A stretch of 64,000 nucleotides of DNA from contig PUNK01000039.1 in the NCBI GenBank assembly GCA_003552585.1, forward strand, positions 7,021 through 71,020. The letters are read 5' to 3'. A program made the position numbers and the translations under genes. Origin of the DNA: Thermoplasmata archaeon (GTDB lineage: Archaea; Thermoplasmatota; Thermoplasmata; Halarchaeoplasmatales; Halarchaeoplasmataceae). The notes beneath the pieces were generated by a model. It had not been told where the DNA came from. It made no database searches and saw nothing but the letters and a program-made list of their open reading frames with translations. This document shows, piece after piece, positions 10,863-20,350 of the stretch. Numbering within the stretch: the first letter of the stretch is position 1; each line of letters opens with the position of its first letter.

Positions 10863-13800
10863 TTGAGGTCCTCCAGTTGTAATCTCATGGTCACTCCAAG
10901 TGATCTCAATTCATCCATCAATAATTTGAACGCATAGCTGGTCTGTATCTGATGCACATCGGACCGCTCGTTACAAACTGGACATCGAAGTTCTCCGTTA
11001 GAGTCCAGGATCGCAACGTGTCCACAATCCGGATTGCCACAGATATACTCGGTGGTTCCATCGGATTGGTCAAGCAGCCTGTCCTTGATAACCATCGCGG
11101 CACCATGACCTATCAGGCAGTCCCTTTCCATCTCTCCAAATCTTAGACCTCCCTGTCTGGACCGTCCTTCGGTAGGCTGTCGGGTGAGTATCTGAACGGG
11201 ACCTCTTGAACGCATATGGAGTTTTCCAGAGACCATGTGGTGAAGTTTTTGATAATAGATCACTCCAGTGAACACATCAGCCTGAAGCATCTTCCCCGTT
11301 CTGCCATCGTAGAAGACTTCTGTTCCGTCGTGCTTGAAACCTGCCTCTTTCAAGGATTCACGCAGCACTTCTTCTTTCTCACCACCGAAAGGAGTGCCGT
11401 CAACGAACCTACCTTCCAACGAAGCAACCTTACCTCCAAGCATCTCTAAAACATGACCAACGGTCATCCTTGAGGGGATAGCATGGGGATTAAATATCAA
11501 GTCCGGTACCAATCCCTCTTCTGTGAAAGGTAGATCTTCCGGTTCGATCAATTTTCCGATTACACCTTTCTGACCGTGTCGAGATGCGAACTTATCGCCC
11601 AATTCAGGTATCCTTTCATCCCTTACCTTCACCTTGACCAGACGACTGCCGTCAGCGGATTCTGTGAGCATGACTGAATCGACCCAACCCTTCTCCCTAG
11701 GTCGAACTATTTTTGATGTTTCTCTGCGTTTCTGAGGGGCCATGAAATCTGCATCCTCTTCTAAGAAACGGGGGGGAGAAGTTTTACCGACTAGCACATC
11801 ACTTCCATCCACTTTCATCTCAGGACTGATGAGCCCGTCCTCGTCCAGGAATCTATAATATTGATCGCTCCGAGCGCCTCTAACATCCGGATCGGGTATC
11901 TCGAAGTGATCCTCTTGGCCCCCAGGATAACGACGCTCCTCTGACGTATAGGTTCTAAAGAAACTTGATCGGGCTAGTCCTCTGTCGATAGCACTCCTGT
12001 TCATTATCAATGCGTCCTCCATGTTATATCCATGATAAGACATGACGGCTACTACAAAATTTTGGCCCGCTGGGCGTTTATTGTAATTTACCAATTCCAT
12101 GCTTTTAGTCTGTAAAAGGGACTTCTGAGGATAATGCATCAAATGCTCTCTAGTATCAGGTCTATTTCTATAGTTTGAGGAGGGTAATCCAAGTGATTGT
12201 TTCATCATGTTAGCTCCTACTGAACACCTGGGAGCGGCATTATGGGAAGCATAAGGGATGAGTCCGGTAGATGCGCCTAATATCAATAGTGGATCAACTT
12301 CCATATGTGAATGTTCCTTTTCTATCACAAGAGGAACTTCCATAACATCTCCGCAAAGTTTGCATTCTATTTTCGCCTTATCACTACCATCACCTATATT
12401 TACCCATCTCACATCCGTTGTAGATATGGCCACCTCACAGTTTCTACATCTAGACGGTGTTTCGTAGGGATACATGGCAACATAGAGATCCTCCTCTTCT
12501 TCCGCATCTATCCATTCCAAAACTCCTTCAGAAACTAGATCTTTGGTCTCCATACGCCCAGAAGACAAAGAATCGATCATCTCGTTATCGAGTTTGAGTT
12601 GCCCATCTTCAACGATGAGGAGTGGTCTCCGCACTCTACCCTCGTCGGAGTTTATTATAACCTCATTCATTTTAGAATCGTAACGTACATTCACTTGATA
12701 GGATATCTCGCCTTTACGTCGCTCCTCTCTGAGCTTATCGACGAATTCATCAGGTTCCTCAACTAGTCCTATGAGATCACCGTTAAGATAAACCTTCGAT
12801 TTTGCACCTTCTGAAGATGCTATATCTTCAACTCCTATACCATGTAGTTGCCACTTGATCTCGTCAGGATCAGCACCTTTCGAGGCATCTATAATAGGTG
12901 TATTGGTTTTAACCAGCCCACAATTTTGACCTTCTGGTGTCTCACTTGGACACAGCCTGCCCCATTGGGTGGGGTGAAGTTCTCTTGCCTCAAAATGTGG
13001 TTGACTTCTTGAAAGAGGAGATTTTACCCTTCTCAAATGACTTATCGCGCTCATGTTGGTCGTACGGTCCAGCAACTGTGATATGCCCGTTCTTCCGCCA
13101 ACCCAATTTCCCGTAGCCATGGCATGTTGAAGTTTGTTGGTGAGAAGATCAGGGCGGATAGAAGATTTGATCCTGACCTCCCCTTTCTTGCCATAATTTC
13201 GTTCAAGTTGATATTTGAGATCCTTAAGGAAGTTTACACAAGACACCCTGAATAAGTCGTTCATAAGGTTTCCGGCTAGCTTCAAACGTTTATTAGCGTA
13301 GTGATCCTTATCATCCGGTTTTCTTTTCCCATTGGCCAACTCCAAAATGGCTCTTGCCATCCTACCGAGGTAAAGAGCTTTTTTCTTTCGTGATTCCTCA
13401 GTATCACCAAGATGAGGAAGAAGAGACCTATCCAATATAGACTCTATCTTTCTTCTCCTGTATTCTTCCGCCTGACCTGTTGCGAACTTCCTTTCTAGAT
13501 AAGTCATGGCATCTGATTGGGAGAAAACACCATCAGGGGTATAATCCTCTTCCTCCTGACACATCTCGATATTGGCATAAACCAAACTTATCATATCAGG
13601 CTCTGAAAGTATGGTCTGAGCGATTTCTTCATCGTTATCCATGCCTAATGCCTTCATGAGAATTGCCAGAGGGATGTCTCCTCTAGCTGCAGGTACGGAA
13701 ACGGTGATCAAACCGTCCTTTTTCTTCTCCATGATAGTGAGTGCCCTGTAACCATGACGCTGTGAGAAAACTTTGACGACCTCTATCTGACGTCCGTATT

Positions 13801-14521
13801 TTTCGTTTAACTCGCACATCAACCGGTTGGGTGCCATGTCTTCTACAGCCATCAAATTCCTTTCAGTACCGCCTACGATAAAATATCCTTTGGGATCAAG
13901 AGGATCTTCTCCCAGTTTGATGAGTTTTTCCTCATAGGAGAGTTCCTTCAACTCCTCTCTATTTTCCTCTATCCCAAGAATTTCTTCAATTGTATCATCA
14001 ATATTCGAAGGATGAAGATTGCATAACCGAGAGCCGACCATAATCGGTATCTTTCCAATCGTGTACCATTCTGGCTCTTCTTCCACACCATCGATGATTT
14101 TACTCATCTTCAACTGGATATCTCCTTCATAATGAAGATCCCTCAAACGTGCTGCCATAGGGGTGAGTTTATGAACTGAACCACTAGCTTCCGTAGCTTT
14201 GGGTCTTAGAACCCTTATGGTCGGATCTTCCTCCTTGTGAACCCTGCCATCCTCTGTTCGAGTTCTACCGAATCTAACTTCGATCTCCCTTCCATCTACC
14301 TTCTCTGGGTCTAGCCTGATCTTTCCCCAACCCTGCTCCATGTAACCTATACTAACACTGTCTATTATCTTCTGCATCCCACTGTTCCTGTTATCAGGGG
14401 ATGCAAGAAATTCATCGTATGACTTCACATGATGACTGACAACACCCATTTCCTCAAAAAAAGCGTCGACTAATTCTCTCATTCTTTGATCACTTCCTTT
14501 TATATATTTACCTATCCACAA
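10859..14521 (-). CDS. rpoB: DNA-directed RNA polymerase subunit B (unsplit)
   Basis: '[12 protein letters not shown]', 'PFGGEKE...', '[15 protein letters not shown]' and the C-terminal Zn ribbon 'CGNPDCGH...CPVC'. The start could instead be the internal Met at 14482 (MRELVDAFF). Confidence 0.97.
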   Translation of the reverse strand: MWIGKYIKGSDQRMRELVDAFFEEMGVVSHHVKSYDEFLASPDNRNSGMQKIIDSVSIGYMEQGWGKIRLDPEKVDGREIEVRFGRTRTEDGRVHKEEDPTIRVLRPKATEASGSVHKLTPMAARLRDLHYEGDIQLKMSKIIDGVEEEPEWYTIGKIPIMVGSRLCNLHPSNIDDTIEEILGIEENREELKELSYEEKLIKLGEDPLDPKGYFIVGGTERNLMAVEDMAPNRLMCELNEKYGRQIEVVKVFSQRHGYRALTIMEKKKDGLITVSVPAARGDIPLAILMKALGMDNDEEIAQTILSEPDMISLVYANIEMCQEEEDYTPDGVFSQSDAMTYLERKFATGQAEEYRRRKIESILDRSLLPHLGDTEESRKKKALYLGRMARAILELANGKRKPDDKDHYANKRLKLAGNLMNDLFRVSCVNFLKDLKYQLERNYGKKGEVRIKSSIRPDLLTNKLQHAMATGNWVGGRTGISQLLDRTTNMSAISHLRRVKSPLSRSQPHFEARELHPTQWGRLCPSETPEGQNCGLVKTNTPIIDASKGADPDEIKWQLHGIGVEDIASSEGAKSKVYLNGDLIGLVEEPDEFVDKLREERRKGEISYQVNVRYDSKMNEVIINSDEGRVRRPLLIVEDGQLKLDNEMIDSLSSGRMETKDLVSEGVLEWIDAEEEEDLYVAMYPYETPSRCRNCEVAISTTDVRWVNIGDGSDKAKIECKLCGDVMEVPLVIEKEHSHMEVDPLLILGASTGLIPYASHNAAPRCSVGANMMKQSLGLPSSNYRNRPDTREHLMHYPQKSLLQTKSMELVNYNKRPAGQNFVVAVMSYHGYNMEDALIMNRSAIDRGLARSSFFRTYTSEERRYPGGQEDHFEIPDPDVRGARSDQYYRFLDEDGLISPEMKVDGSDVLVGKTSPPRFLEEDADFMAPQKRRETSKIVRPREKGWVDSVMLTESADGSRLVKVKVRDERIPELGDKFASRHGQKGVIGKLIEPEDLPFTEEGLVPDLIFNPHAIPSRMTVGHVLEMLGGKVASLEGRFVDGTPFGGEKEEVLRESLKEAGFKHDGTEVFYDGRTGKMLQADVFTGVIYYQKLHHMVSGKLHMRSRGPVQILTRQPTEGRSRQGGLRFGEMERDCLIGHGAAMVIKDRLLDQSDGTTEYICGNPDCGHVAILDSNGELRCPVCNERSDVHQIQTSYAFKLLMDELRSLGVTMRLQLEDLK

Positions 14522-14762
14522 CTAAGCGATAGACCTTGGCTTTACCAGCGGTCTTACTCTCCCTAATTATCTCTATGATCCTTCCTTCTTTAATATCTCC
14601 CTCGATAGCCTCTAATTGACTTAAAACTGGATCTGACCTCAGTACCTTTGGGAGCTTATCTTTTGATACATGAAGCCCTGATAAGATCTCTTCTTCCTTC
14701 TCTACCGGAACCAAACGATGTTCCGGCACAAGCCTATGTTTCATTACATTTATATCCTCCAT
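14508..14762 (-). CDS. rpoH: DNA-directed RNA polymerase subunit H (Rpo5)
   Basis: '[10 protein letters not shown]...EKEEEIL...KLPKV...DPV' is the Rpb5 C-domain signature. The ORF is open to 14819, but the Met at 14762 gives the usual ~84 aa size. Confidence 0.85.
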   Translation of the reverse strand: MEDINVMKHRLVPEHRLVPVEKEEEILSGLHVSKDKLPKVLRSDPVLSQLEAIEGDIKEGRIIEIIRESKTAGKAKVYRLVVDR

Positions 14763-14867
14763 TTTGATCCCCCTGACATAATACCATTTAAGTTTAGACA
14801 CATCATAGATATTCTCCATTTATCGGCTCTTCGGTTCATATCGAATTAACCCTATCTTCATGGCAGA

Positions 14868-14994
14868 TGGGCCTGTGGGGACTTTCGCGAATCGTCAAGG
14901 GACGACTCATTTCGAACCCCAGACCACCTGGTTAAAAGCCAGATGCTCTTTCCAGAAGGATTTTAAGTCCTTTACCTGGCTGAGCTACAGGCCC
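14868..14994 (-). tRNA. tRNA-Lys (anticodon UUU) carrying two non-canonical introns (D-loop ~24 nt, T-loop ~29 nt)
   Basis: The reverse complement folds as GGGCCTG/CAGGCCC acceptor, GCTC/GAGC D-stem, TCTGG-CTTTTAA-CCAGG anticodon arm and TGGGG/CCCCA T-stem. Removing the two inserts leaves a 74-nt cloverleaf. Confidence 0.8.
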
Positions 14995-15053
14995 AAATGA
15001 ATGGGTAGTTTGTGTTCTAAAGGCCGGTTTTATATAAACTTTATCCTCTGTGG

Positions 15054-16181
15054 GCTCTGTAGAAAACATCTAGCTTCCCATGTTCATTGCTTGTCGATGA
15101 GCATTGTATGCTATCATCTTGAATTCCAGCTCACGGTTTTGAGTTTTTACTTTTCTCGATCTAATAGTATTGCCCATCAATCTTTTGATAACAGAGTTAG
15201 CTGTTTCTACCTTATTCCTTTGATTGTACTTTTCTTTGTCAAAATGTCTTTTCATCATCTTCCTGTACCAACCTTTAGTTCTATACTGTTCAGAGGTAGG
15301 GAACCCCACGGCTCTGCTGTGTGGGATGATGTCACGAACAGGTACATCTTGATTATTAGGAGTCTACAGGAATCGAAAGATTCCTTCGATTCACGGAACA
15401 AGTTCCCTGTAATATTATTGATTTAGTGTTTAACATTTTCCTAGCGATCTTGTGATTAGTTCCTGAATCATACCCTTTATCTGCAATAACAATCTGTAAG
15501 TTTACACAGCTAGAAGCTTTTTTCAATAATATATCAAAGTCGATATGATCACTTGCTGGACCGGGTCTGTGTTTTGATGAAACGATAAGTTGATAATTGG
15601 TTTAAACACCAATACTCAATTTAAGATGGTAATTGTTTGAGTTCTTTCAACGCCTAGCTGCTTTAACCGTTTTGTGTAATATTTAGATCCATGTTCTAAT
15701 CTCATCTCAGTAGATTCAATTGCTAGATCGACCATATTCTCGTCACTGAACAAACAGATAATACTCTGAACTACACTTGTATCAACCCGATTCATGAATT
15801 TATTGAGAGTTATAAAATGAGGTATTTATGGCAAGCCTAGAAATTCTACAATTTTATCAGTGACCATTAACCAGTCTTTGAAATGTCTATAACTTTTTTT
15901 TATATTCTTTCAAAGCGAGCAACGTAATCTTTTGAGAGATCTTATACTTTTTTGGAGAATATTTGCGGGTATACTCGGGTAAGTTACTTGTTTTCGCCAC
16001 CACCATCACATTTTTGCAAAAACTAATATATCTCGTTTCTTTTGTCATGTCTGCATCCCTTTCCGATTGCTGGCCGTCTGACACTTAATCCGACAGCTAG
16101 CACTTGGATGCACTTATTTATTTCCATATTTAAAAGTATTGATAAAGGTATCTCGTCTGTCAAAAAGGTTTTCTACAAAGC
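15054..16181 (-). mobile_element. Decayed IS5-like insertion sequence
   Basis: Terminal inverted repeats GCTCTGTAGAAAAC (15054-15067) and GTTTTCTACAAAGC (16168-16181) match at 13/14 positions. They enclose fragmented DDE transposase reading frames. Confidence 0.6.
15070..16084 (-). pseudogene. DDE transposase (IS4/IS5-type), broken by frameshifts and stops
   Basis: N-terminal fragment 15887-16084 ('YSPKKYKISQKITLLALKEY'). Middle fragments in other frames read 'AIESTEM' and 'IADKGYDSGTNH'. C-terminal fragment 15070-15309 ('YNQRNKVETANSVIKRLMG...SRK'). Confidence 0.65.
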
Positions 16182-16263
16182 AAATGCACAAAATCTTTAT
16201 ATAATATGACGTAGCTATTATCAACGTCAGACCCATGTCTGACGCCATGGTGGCTGGGATAGG

Positions 16264-17148
16264 ATGCACCTAAGAAAAAAAAAGAAGAATGATATGGATC
16301 CGACCACCCGTCGTCTTGTTGAACAAGGTATAATAAAGATAGATAATGGAGGGTCCGGAGATGAAAGAAGTGCCATTAGAAGGTTGAAAGATTTTGGTAT
16401 GGTAACCTACGACTTTTGGAGCGGAGTAAAGTATTTGGTTGTACTCTCTGCCCTATTATGGTGGTTGCCACTTTTTGGGCCGATGCTTGCTGGTTATGTG
16501 GGTGGACGAAGAACAGGGGGGCCAAAAAAGGGACTATTTGCTTCCATCATTGCTCTTGGATTGATAGGGGTAGTTCATATAGCTGTTAACCAAGCTTTGC
16601 TCCCTACGGAGTTTGATGCTTGGATAGGAATGCCTGCTGCGGTAGTAGCTTCAGCTTATGAGATACAAGCTCTTGCGCCGTATGTAGAATTCCTACAATT
16701 ATACTGGACATCCTTTTATTCTTCTGTCATGGGAGGATTGCCGTATTCTCCCAACAGTTACGTACTGACTGCAGTCTTTGCTTATATCGGAGGAGTTATA
16801 TCTGTTGATAAACAGAGAGAACTTTCTAAAGCTATGCAAAAAGATTCTCCTTCAGTTACGATCGATTTGTCTAAAACGATTTCAGAAAGATCTGGTTGGA
16901 GTAGGAGTGGAAGTAGTAATAGACCGGTGAACACGGTAGCAGAAGCAAAGAGACGCTCTGAGCAACACCTTCAGGATCTGAAAAAGATACAATTCCACAG
17001 AGGAGAAAAACAGAAAAAAAGTAAACCAGGAGCAAAATATCCTTCTCGTTTTAAAAGATTCGAAGACTTGCCCCGAAGCATGCAAAAAAGGAGACCACCT
17101 GTCAGACATCATTCTATGTCAGATGGGGATGATTGGGAAATACTCTGA
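16264..17148 (+). CDS. Hypothetical multi-pass membrane protein with a basic C-terminal tail
   Basis: Long ORF with several hydrophobic segments ('YLVVLSALLWWLPLFGPMLAGYVGG') and a K/R-rich C-terminus. No family recognised. Confidence 0.5.
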   Translation: MHLRKKKKNDMDPTTRRLVEQGIIKIDNGGSGDERSAIRRLKDFGMVTYDFWSGVKYLVVLSALLWWLPLFGPMLAGYVGGRRTGGPKKGLFASIIALGLIGVVHIAVNQALLPTEFDAWIGMPAAVVASAYEIQALAPYVEFLQLYWTSFYSSVMGGLPYSPNSYVLTAVFAYIGGVISVDKQRELSKAMQKDSPSVTIDLSKTISERSGWSRSGSSNRPVNTVAEAKRRSEQHLQDLKKIQFHRGEKQKKSKPGAKYPSRFKRFEDLPRSMQKRRPPVRHHSMSDGDDWEIL

Positions 17149-17398
17149 GAAATTGTAGGATGGGTTTCGTTTAAGGCTCTGTCTGATGTATTTTCCGTTT
17201 AAAGATCATGCTGATTAAATAAAAATTAACTTTGGTTCTTCTAAGTGGATATAATTAAAATTATTGAGGAAGACATACTGATTAATATTGCCTCATTAAC
17301 TTCGGAAGGCTACGGCCTCCCTGTGTATGCAGGGGAAGGGAACCTAATGCCAATTTGTATACAACCTCCTCTCTTTTATTTCATTGTAAATAAAATAA

Positions 17399-17483
17399 TG
17401 CGGGGGGAGGGATTTGAACCCTCGGAGACCTACGTCACAAGGTCCTAAGCCTTGCCCCTTTGGCCATGCTCGGGTACCCCCGC
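17399..17483 (-). tRNA. tRNA-Leu (anticodon UAG), class II with long variable arm, no intron
   Basis: Reverse complement is GCGGGGGTACCCGAGCATGGCCAAAGGGGCAAGGCTTAGGACCTTGTGACGTAGGTCTCCGAGGGTTCAAATCCCTCCCCCCGCA. The anticodon loop is CTTAGGA. Confidence 0.9.
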
Positions 17484-17604
17484 AGTTACGGGTGTTAACG
17501 AGTAACGAGGAGTTAGCGGAAATGAGAGGTTTTCAGTTTCAAGGACGAATAGAGATACACTGTCGTTTCCGTAAACTCATTTGCAAAGGCTAAACAATAA
17601 GGGT

Positions 17605-18396
17605 TCAATAAGTCTGTTTTGGTCGTTCTAAAGGTTTTTTTCTTCCAGAACTATCCCTATCATATTTCCCAAACTCTTCAAAATTATTCAACTCTTCTCC
17701 AGTGAATACTGGTCCCTCAACACAAACACGTTCCCCATCAATTACACATGATCCGCAAAGACCTAGACCACATTTGAGGTACCGTTCTAAAGATGCTTGT
17801 ATCGGTACTCCTTTATGAATGGCCATTTGAACTATTCTCTTCATCATCGGTTCAGGACCACAGGTTATTACCATATCCACCCCTTTCATCATCTCTTCAC
17901 ATATATCCGTCGCGAATCCTGGATGACCCATGGAACCATCATCAGTGGCAACTTTCAAGTTGGTCAAATCGTAAAGTCGGTCCAAGAACAAGAGTTCTTT
18001 TTGCGTTTTTGCTCCAAGAGCACAATCTACTTCGATATTTTCTCTTGACGCTTTCTCTACAGCAGGTAATACGGAAGCTCCTCCGATACCACCTACAACA
18101 GCAAGAATTTTTTCACCTTTTATCTCGTAACCATTTCCATATGGTCCTCTTATCCCAATCCGATCTCCAGGTTCCATCGAATGAAGTGCCTTTGTTCCCT
18201 CACCAACATTCCTAACAGTTATACCTCTTTTATCATATATATAAGATAGGCTCATGGGCATCTCGTCGACTCCGGGCACCCAAATCATAACAAACTGACC
18301 AGGTTCGATATCAAAGTGCCAATCGAAAAAGAATGTTTTTATCGTTGGCGTTTCAACGACTATCTCGTCGATTTCCAATATTTCGATATTGGTCAT
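17605..18396 (-). CDS. PyrK/NfnA/SudB-family FAD/NAD(P)-binding oxidoreductase with a C-terminal [2Fe-2S]
   Basis: 'PGQFVMIWVPG..EMPMS', 'GPYGNG', 'VVGGIGGASV' and the C-terminal 'CGLGLCGSCV...C'. There is no pyrD next to it. Confidence 0.7.
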   Translation of the reverse strand: MTNIEILEIDEIVVETPTIKTFFFDWHFDIEPGQFVMIWVPGVDEMPMSLSYIYDKRGITVRNVGEGTKALHSMEPGDRIGIRGPYGNGYEIKGEKILAVVGGIGGASVLPAVEKASRENIEVDCALGAKTQKELLFLDRLYDLTNLKVATDDGSMGHPGFATDICEEMMKGVDMVITCGPEPMMKRIVQMAIHKGVPIQASLERYLKCGLGLCGSCVIDGERVCVEGPVFTGEELNNFEEFGKYDRDSSGRKKPLERPKQTY

Positions 18397-18479
18397 GAAA
18401 ACGGATTGATATAAGGGGATAAATGTTTTTCCTTTTTCACAGTAAAGTTTTTAATACTTAAATAAATAATCTAATCCCG

Positions 18480-19490
18480 GTGGGGAATATGAAACCAAGC
18501 GATATCACAAGGAATCACACACGCAAAAAGATGAATGAAATGGCGGAAGACTTGGACATAGAAAGTCCTTCTTCCTACAAGAATAAAACGGAGCTCGCAA
18601 AAGCAATGATTCCTGAGATAGAGAAAAAGATGGATGAAGAAAATATCCCTGAAGCCATCGAGAAGATCGATGAAATAGTAGATAGTATTAACAACTCATT
18701 GTTAGATATGAGCAAATTCAAGAGCGATTTTGAAGTATTCAAAAATAAGTACAAATCCGGGATATGGTATGAATTATCCGAATTTAAAGATAACCTGTTA
18801 GAGAATGGAGATGTCATCGTTGAGATTGATGAAAAGCTAAATGCAATAGAAAATATGCAGGAAGAGGGATTCCTAAATGATGAAATTGAGGTAATAACCA
18901 CTAAAACAAAAGATGGTGATTATAAAAGCGCTCTTGAGATAGTAGAAGAAGCTTTAGAAGGTGTAGAAGAAGCCATAACTGAAAAATCAAAATTGAAAGA
19001 GGAAGTAGAAGAAAAAATTAGCCAGTTGAAATCCAAACTTGCCGAGCTTCGAGGTACAAAATTCAAGTTGGATTTGTTAAAAGATCTGCTTCGGGAATCT
19101 GTAAAAGCACAAAAAAATAAAGAATATAAGCAGGCATTAGAAAATATAGAGATCGCATTAGATCAAGCAAAAAAATTGGAACTACTTCACGAAAAAATCA
19201 TGGATGGAAAGGAGTTGATCAAACAACTAAAAGAAAAAGGACTCGGTTTCCAGTCATATCTTGACATGTTGAAAACTTGCAAGCAAAAGGGTGATGAAGG
19301 TGACTACAAATATGCTTTACAGATGTTAGATGATGCGATTACCGACATGCGTAAAGAATTCGAAACCGTTGATGACCTTCAAAAGAAGCTTAGCGAAGTC
19401 TATAAAAAGATGGAAGCTATAGAAAGAGCATTGATGATGGTTAGAAAAGATATAAACGATATACTCGAGGAAAGAAAAAAGAATCAGTAA
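18480..19490 (+). CDS. Hypothetical coiled-coil protein with an N-terminal HeH/SAP-like motif
   Basis: K/E-rich heptad-like sequence. N-terminal 'KKMNEMAEDLDIESPSSYKNKTELAKAMI'. The motif 'GDYKxAL' recurs three times. Confidence 0.45.
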   Translation: MGNMKPSDITRNHTRKKMNEMAEDLDIESPSSYKNKTELAKAMIPEIEKKMDEENIPEAIEKIDEIVDSINNSLLDMSKFKSDFEVFKNKYKSGIWYELSEFKDNLLENGDVIVEIDEKLNAIENMQEEGFLNDEIEVITTKTKDGDYKSALEIVEEALEGVEEAITEKSKLKEEVEEKISQLKSKLAELRGTKFKLDLLKDLLRESVKAQKNKEYKQALENIEIALDQAKKLELLHEKIMDGKELIKQLKEKGLGFQSYLDMLKTCKQKGDEGDYKYALQMLDDAITDMRKEFETVDDLQKKLSEVYKKMEAIERALMMVRKDINDILEERKKNQ

Positions 19491-19523
19491 ATCTTATAGA
19501 TTAGTTCATTTTTCCTACATATA

Positions 19524-20225
19524 ATGTTTGAAAGAAAATTGCAATTCATATCTCTGTTGGTTTTAATACTACTTTTATCTACTTTGCCCTTAGGTGATTC
19601 CGCACAAGCATCTAAAGACAACCCAGTAGTAGTTATGGAGACCGATTTAGGTAGTATTAAAATAGAACTCTACGAAAACGATGCACCAATTACTGTTGAA
19701 AATTTCATAAATTATGTTGAAGATGATTTCTATGATGGACTCATATTTCATAGAGTTATAGAAGGGTTCATGGTACAAGGTGGTGGTTTTGAACCAGGCA
19801 TGAACGAAAGATCACCCACCTATTCTTCAATAGAAAATGAAGCAGAACAGAGCAGAAATAGGAATCGTCGAGGGACTGTGGCCATGGCACGCACCGATGA
19901 TCCTCATTCTGCTACAAGCCAATTCTTCATCAACCATGACGATAACGATTTCCTCGATTGGGATCAGGCTGCAGATGGTTATGGCTATTGTGTGTTCGGT
20001 AGAGTAATAGATGGGATGGACGTTGTTGATGAGATAGCCTCAGTAGACACAACAACCAGGGGCGGTCATGAAGATGTTCCGGTGGAAGATATAATTATCA
20101 GAGAGGTGAAGATGTTTGAGGAGAGAGGAGATCCATTTTACACTAATATCCTGTTCATTCAAGTGCTAGTTTCGATAATTATAGCAGGGGTTATAATAGC
20201 AATAATGCACTATAAAAAGAGCTAA
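19524..20225 (+). CDS. Cyclophilin-type peptidyl-prolyl cis-trans isomerase, secreted with a C-terminal TM anchor
   Basis: 'FHRVIEGFMVQGGGF', 'GTVAMAR' and 'SQFFIN', with an N-terminal signal-like helix and a C-terminal hydrophobic helix followed by KKS. Confidence 0.9.
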   Translation: MFERKLQFISLLVLILLLSTLPLGDSAQASKDNPVVVMETDLGSIKIELYENDAPITVENFINYVEDDFYDGLIFHRVIEGFMVQGGGFEPGMNERSPTYSSIENEAEQSRNRNRRGTVAMARTDDPHSATSQFFINHDDNDFLDWDQAADGYGYCVFGRVIDGMDVVDEIASVDTTTRGGHEDVPVEDIIIREVKMFEERGDPFYTNILFIQVLVSIIIAGVIIAIMHYKKS

Positions 20226-20350
20226 AAACCAACCCTTTTCTAAACTTTCGAGGAATAAATTTAAGTATCTTCTAGTCTATTATATACTTCCTGTTTAATG
20301 ACTACAATATAACCCACTGAAGGATAGACCAAATCAATAAGAGGTAATAT

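Noticed and set aside
14700-14745. Apparent tandem duplication '[12 protein letters not shown]' in rpoH.
   Set aside because: The two halves use different codons (AGG CTT GTG CCG versus CGT TTG GTT CCG). The pattern H-x-LVP-x-H-x-x-V is the normal Rpb5/RpoH signature, not a recent repeat.
15001-15426. 141-aa plus-strand ORF inside the IS region.
   Set aside because: It is antisense to the transposase C-terminal fragment. Its composition is Cys/Phe/Leu-rich and it has no homology features.
17245-17448. 67-aa plus-strand ORF.
   Set aside because: Its 3' end runs through the tRNA-Leu gene on the opposite strand ('GEGFEPSE' is the T-arm read as protein).
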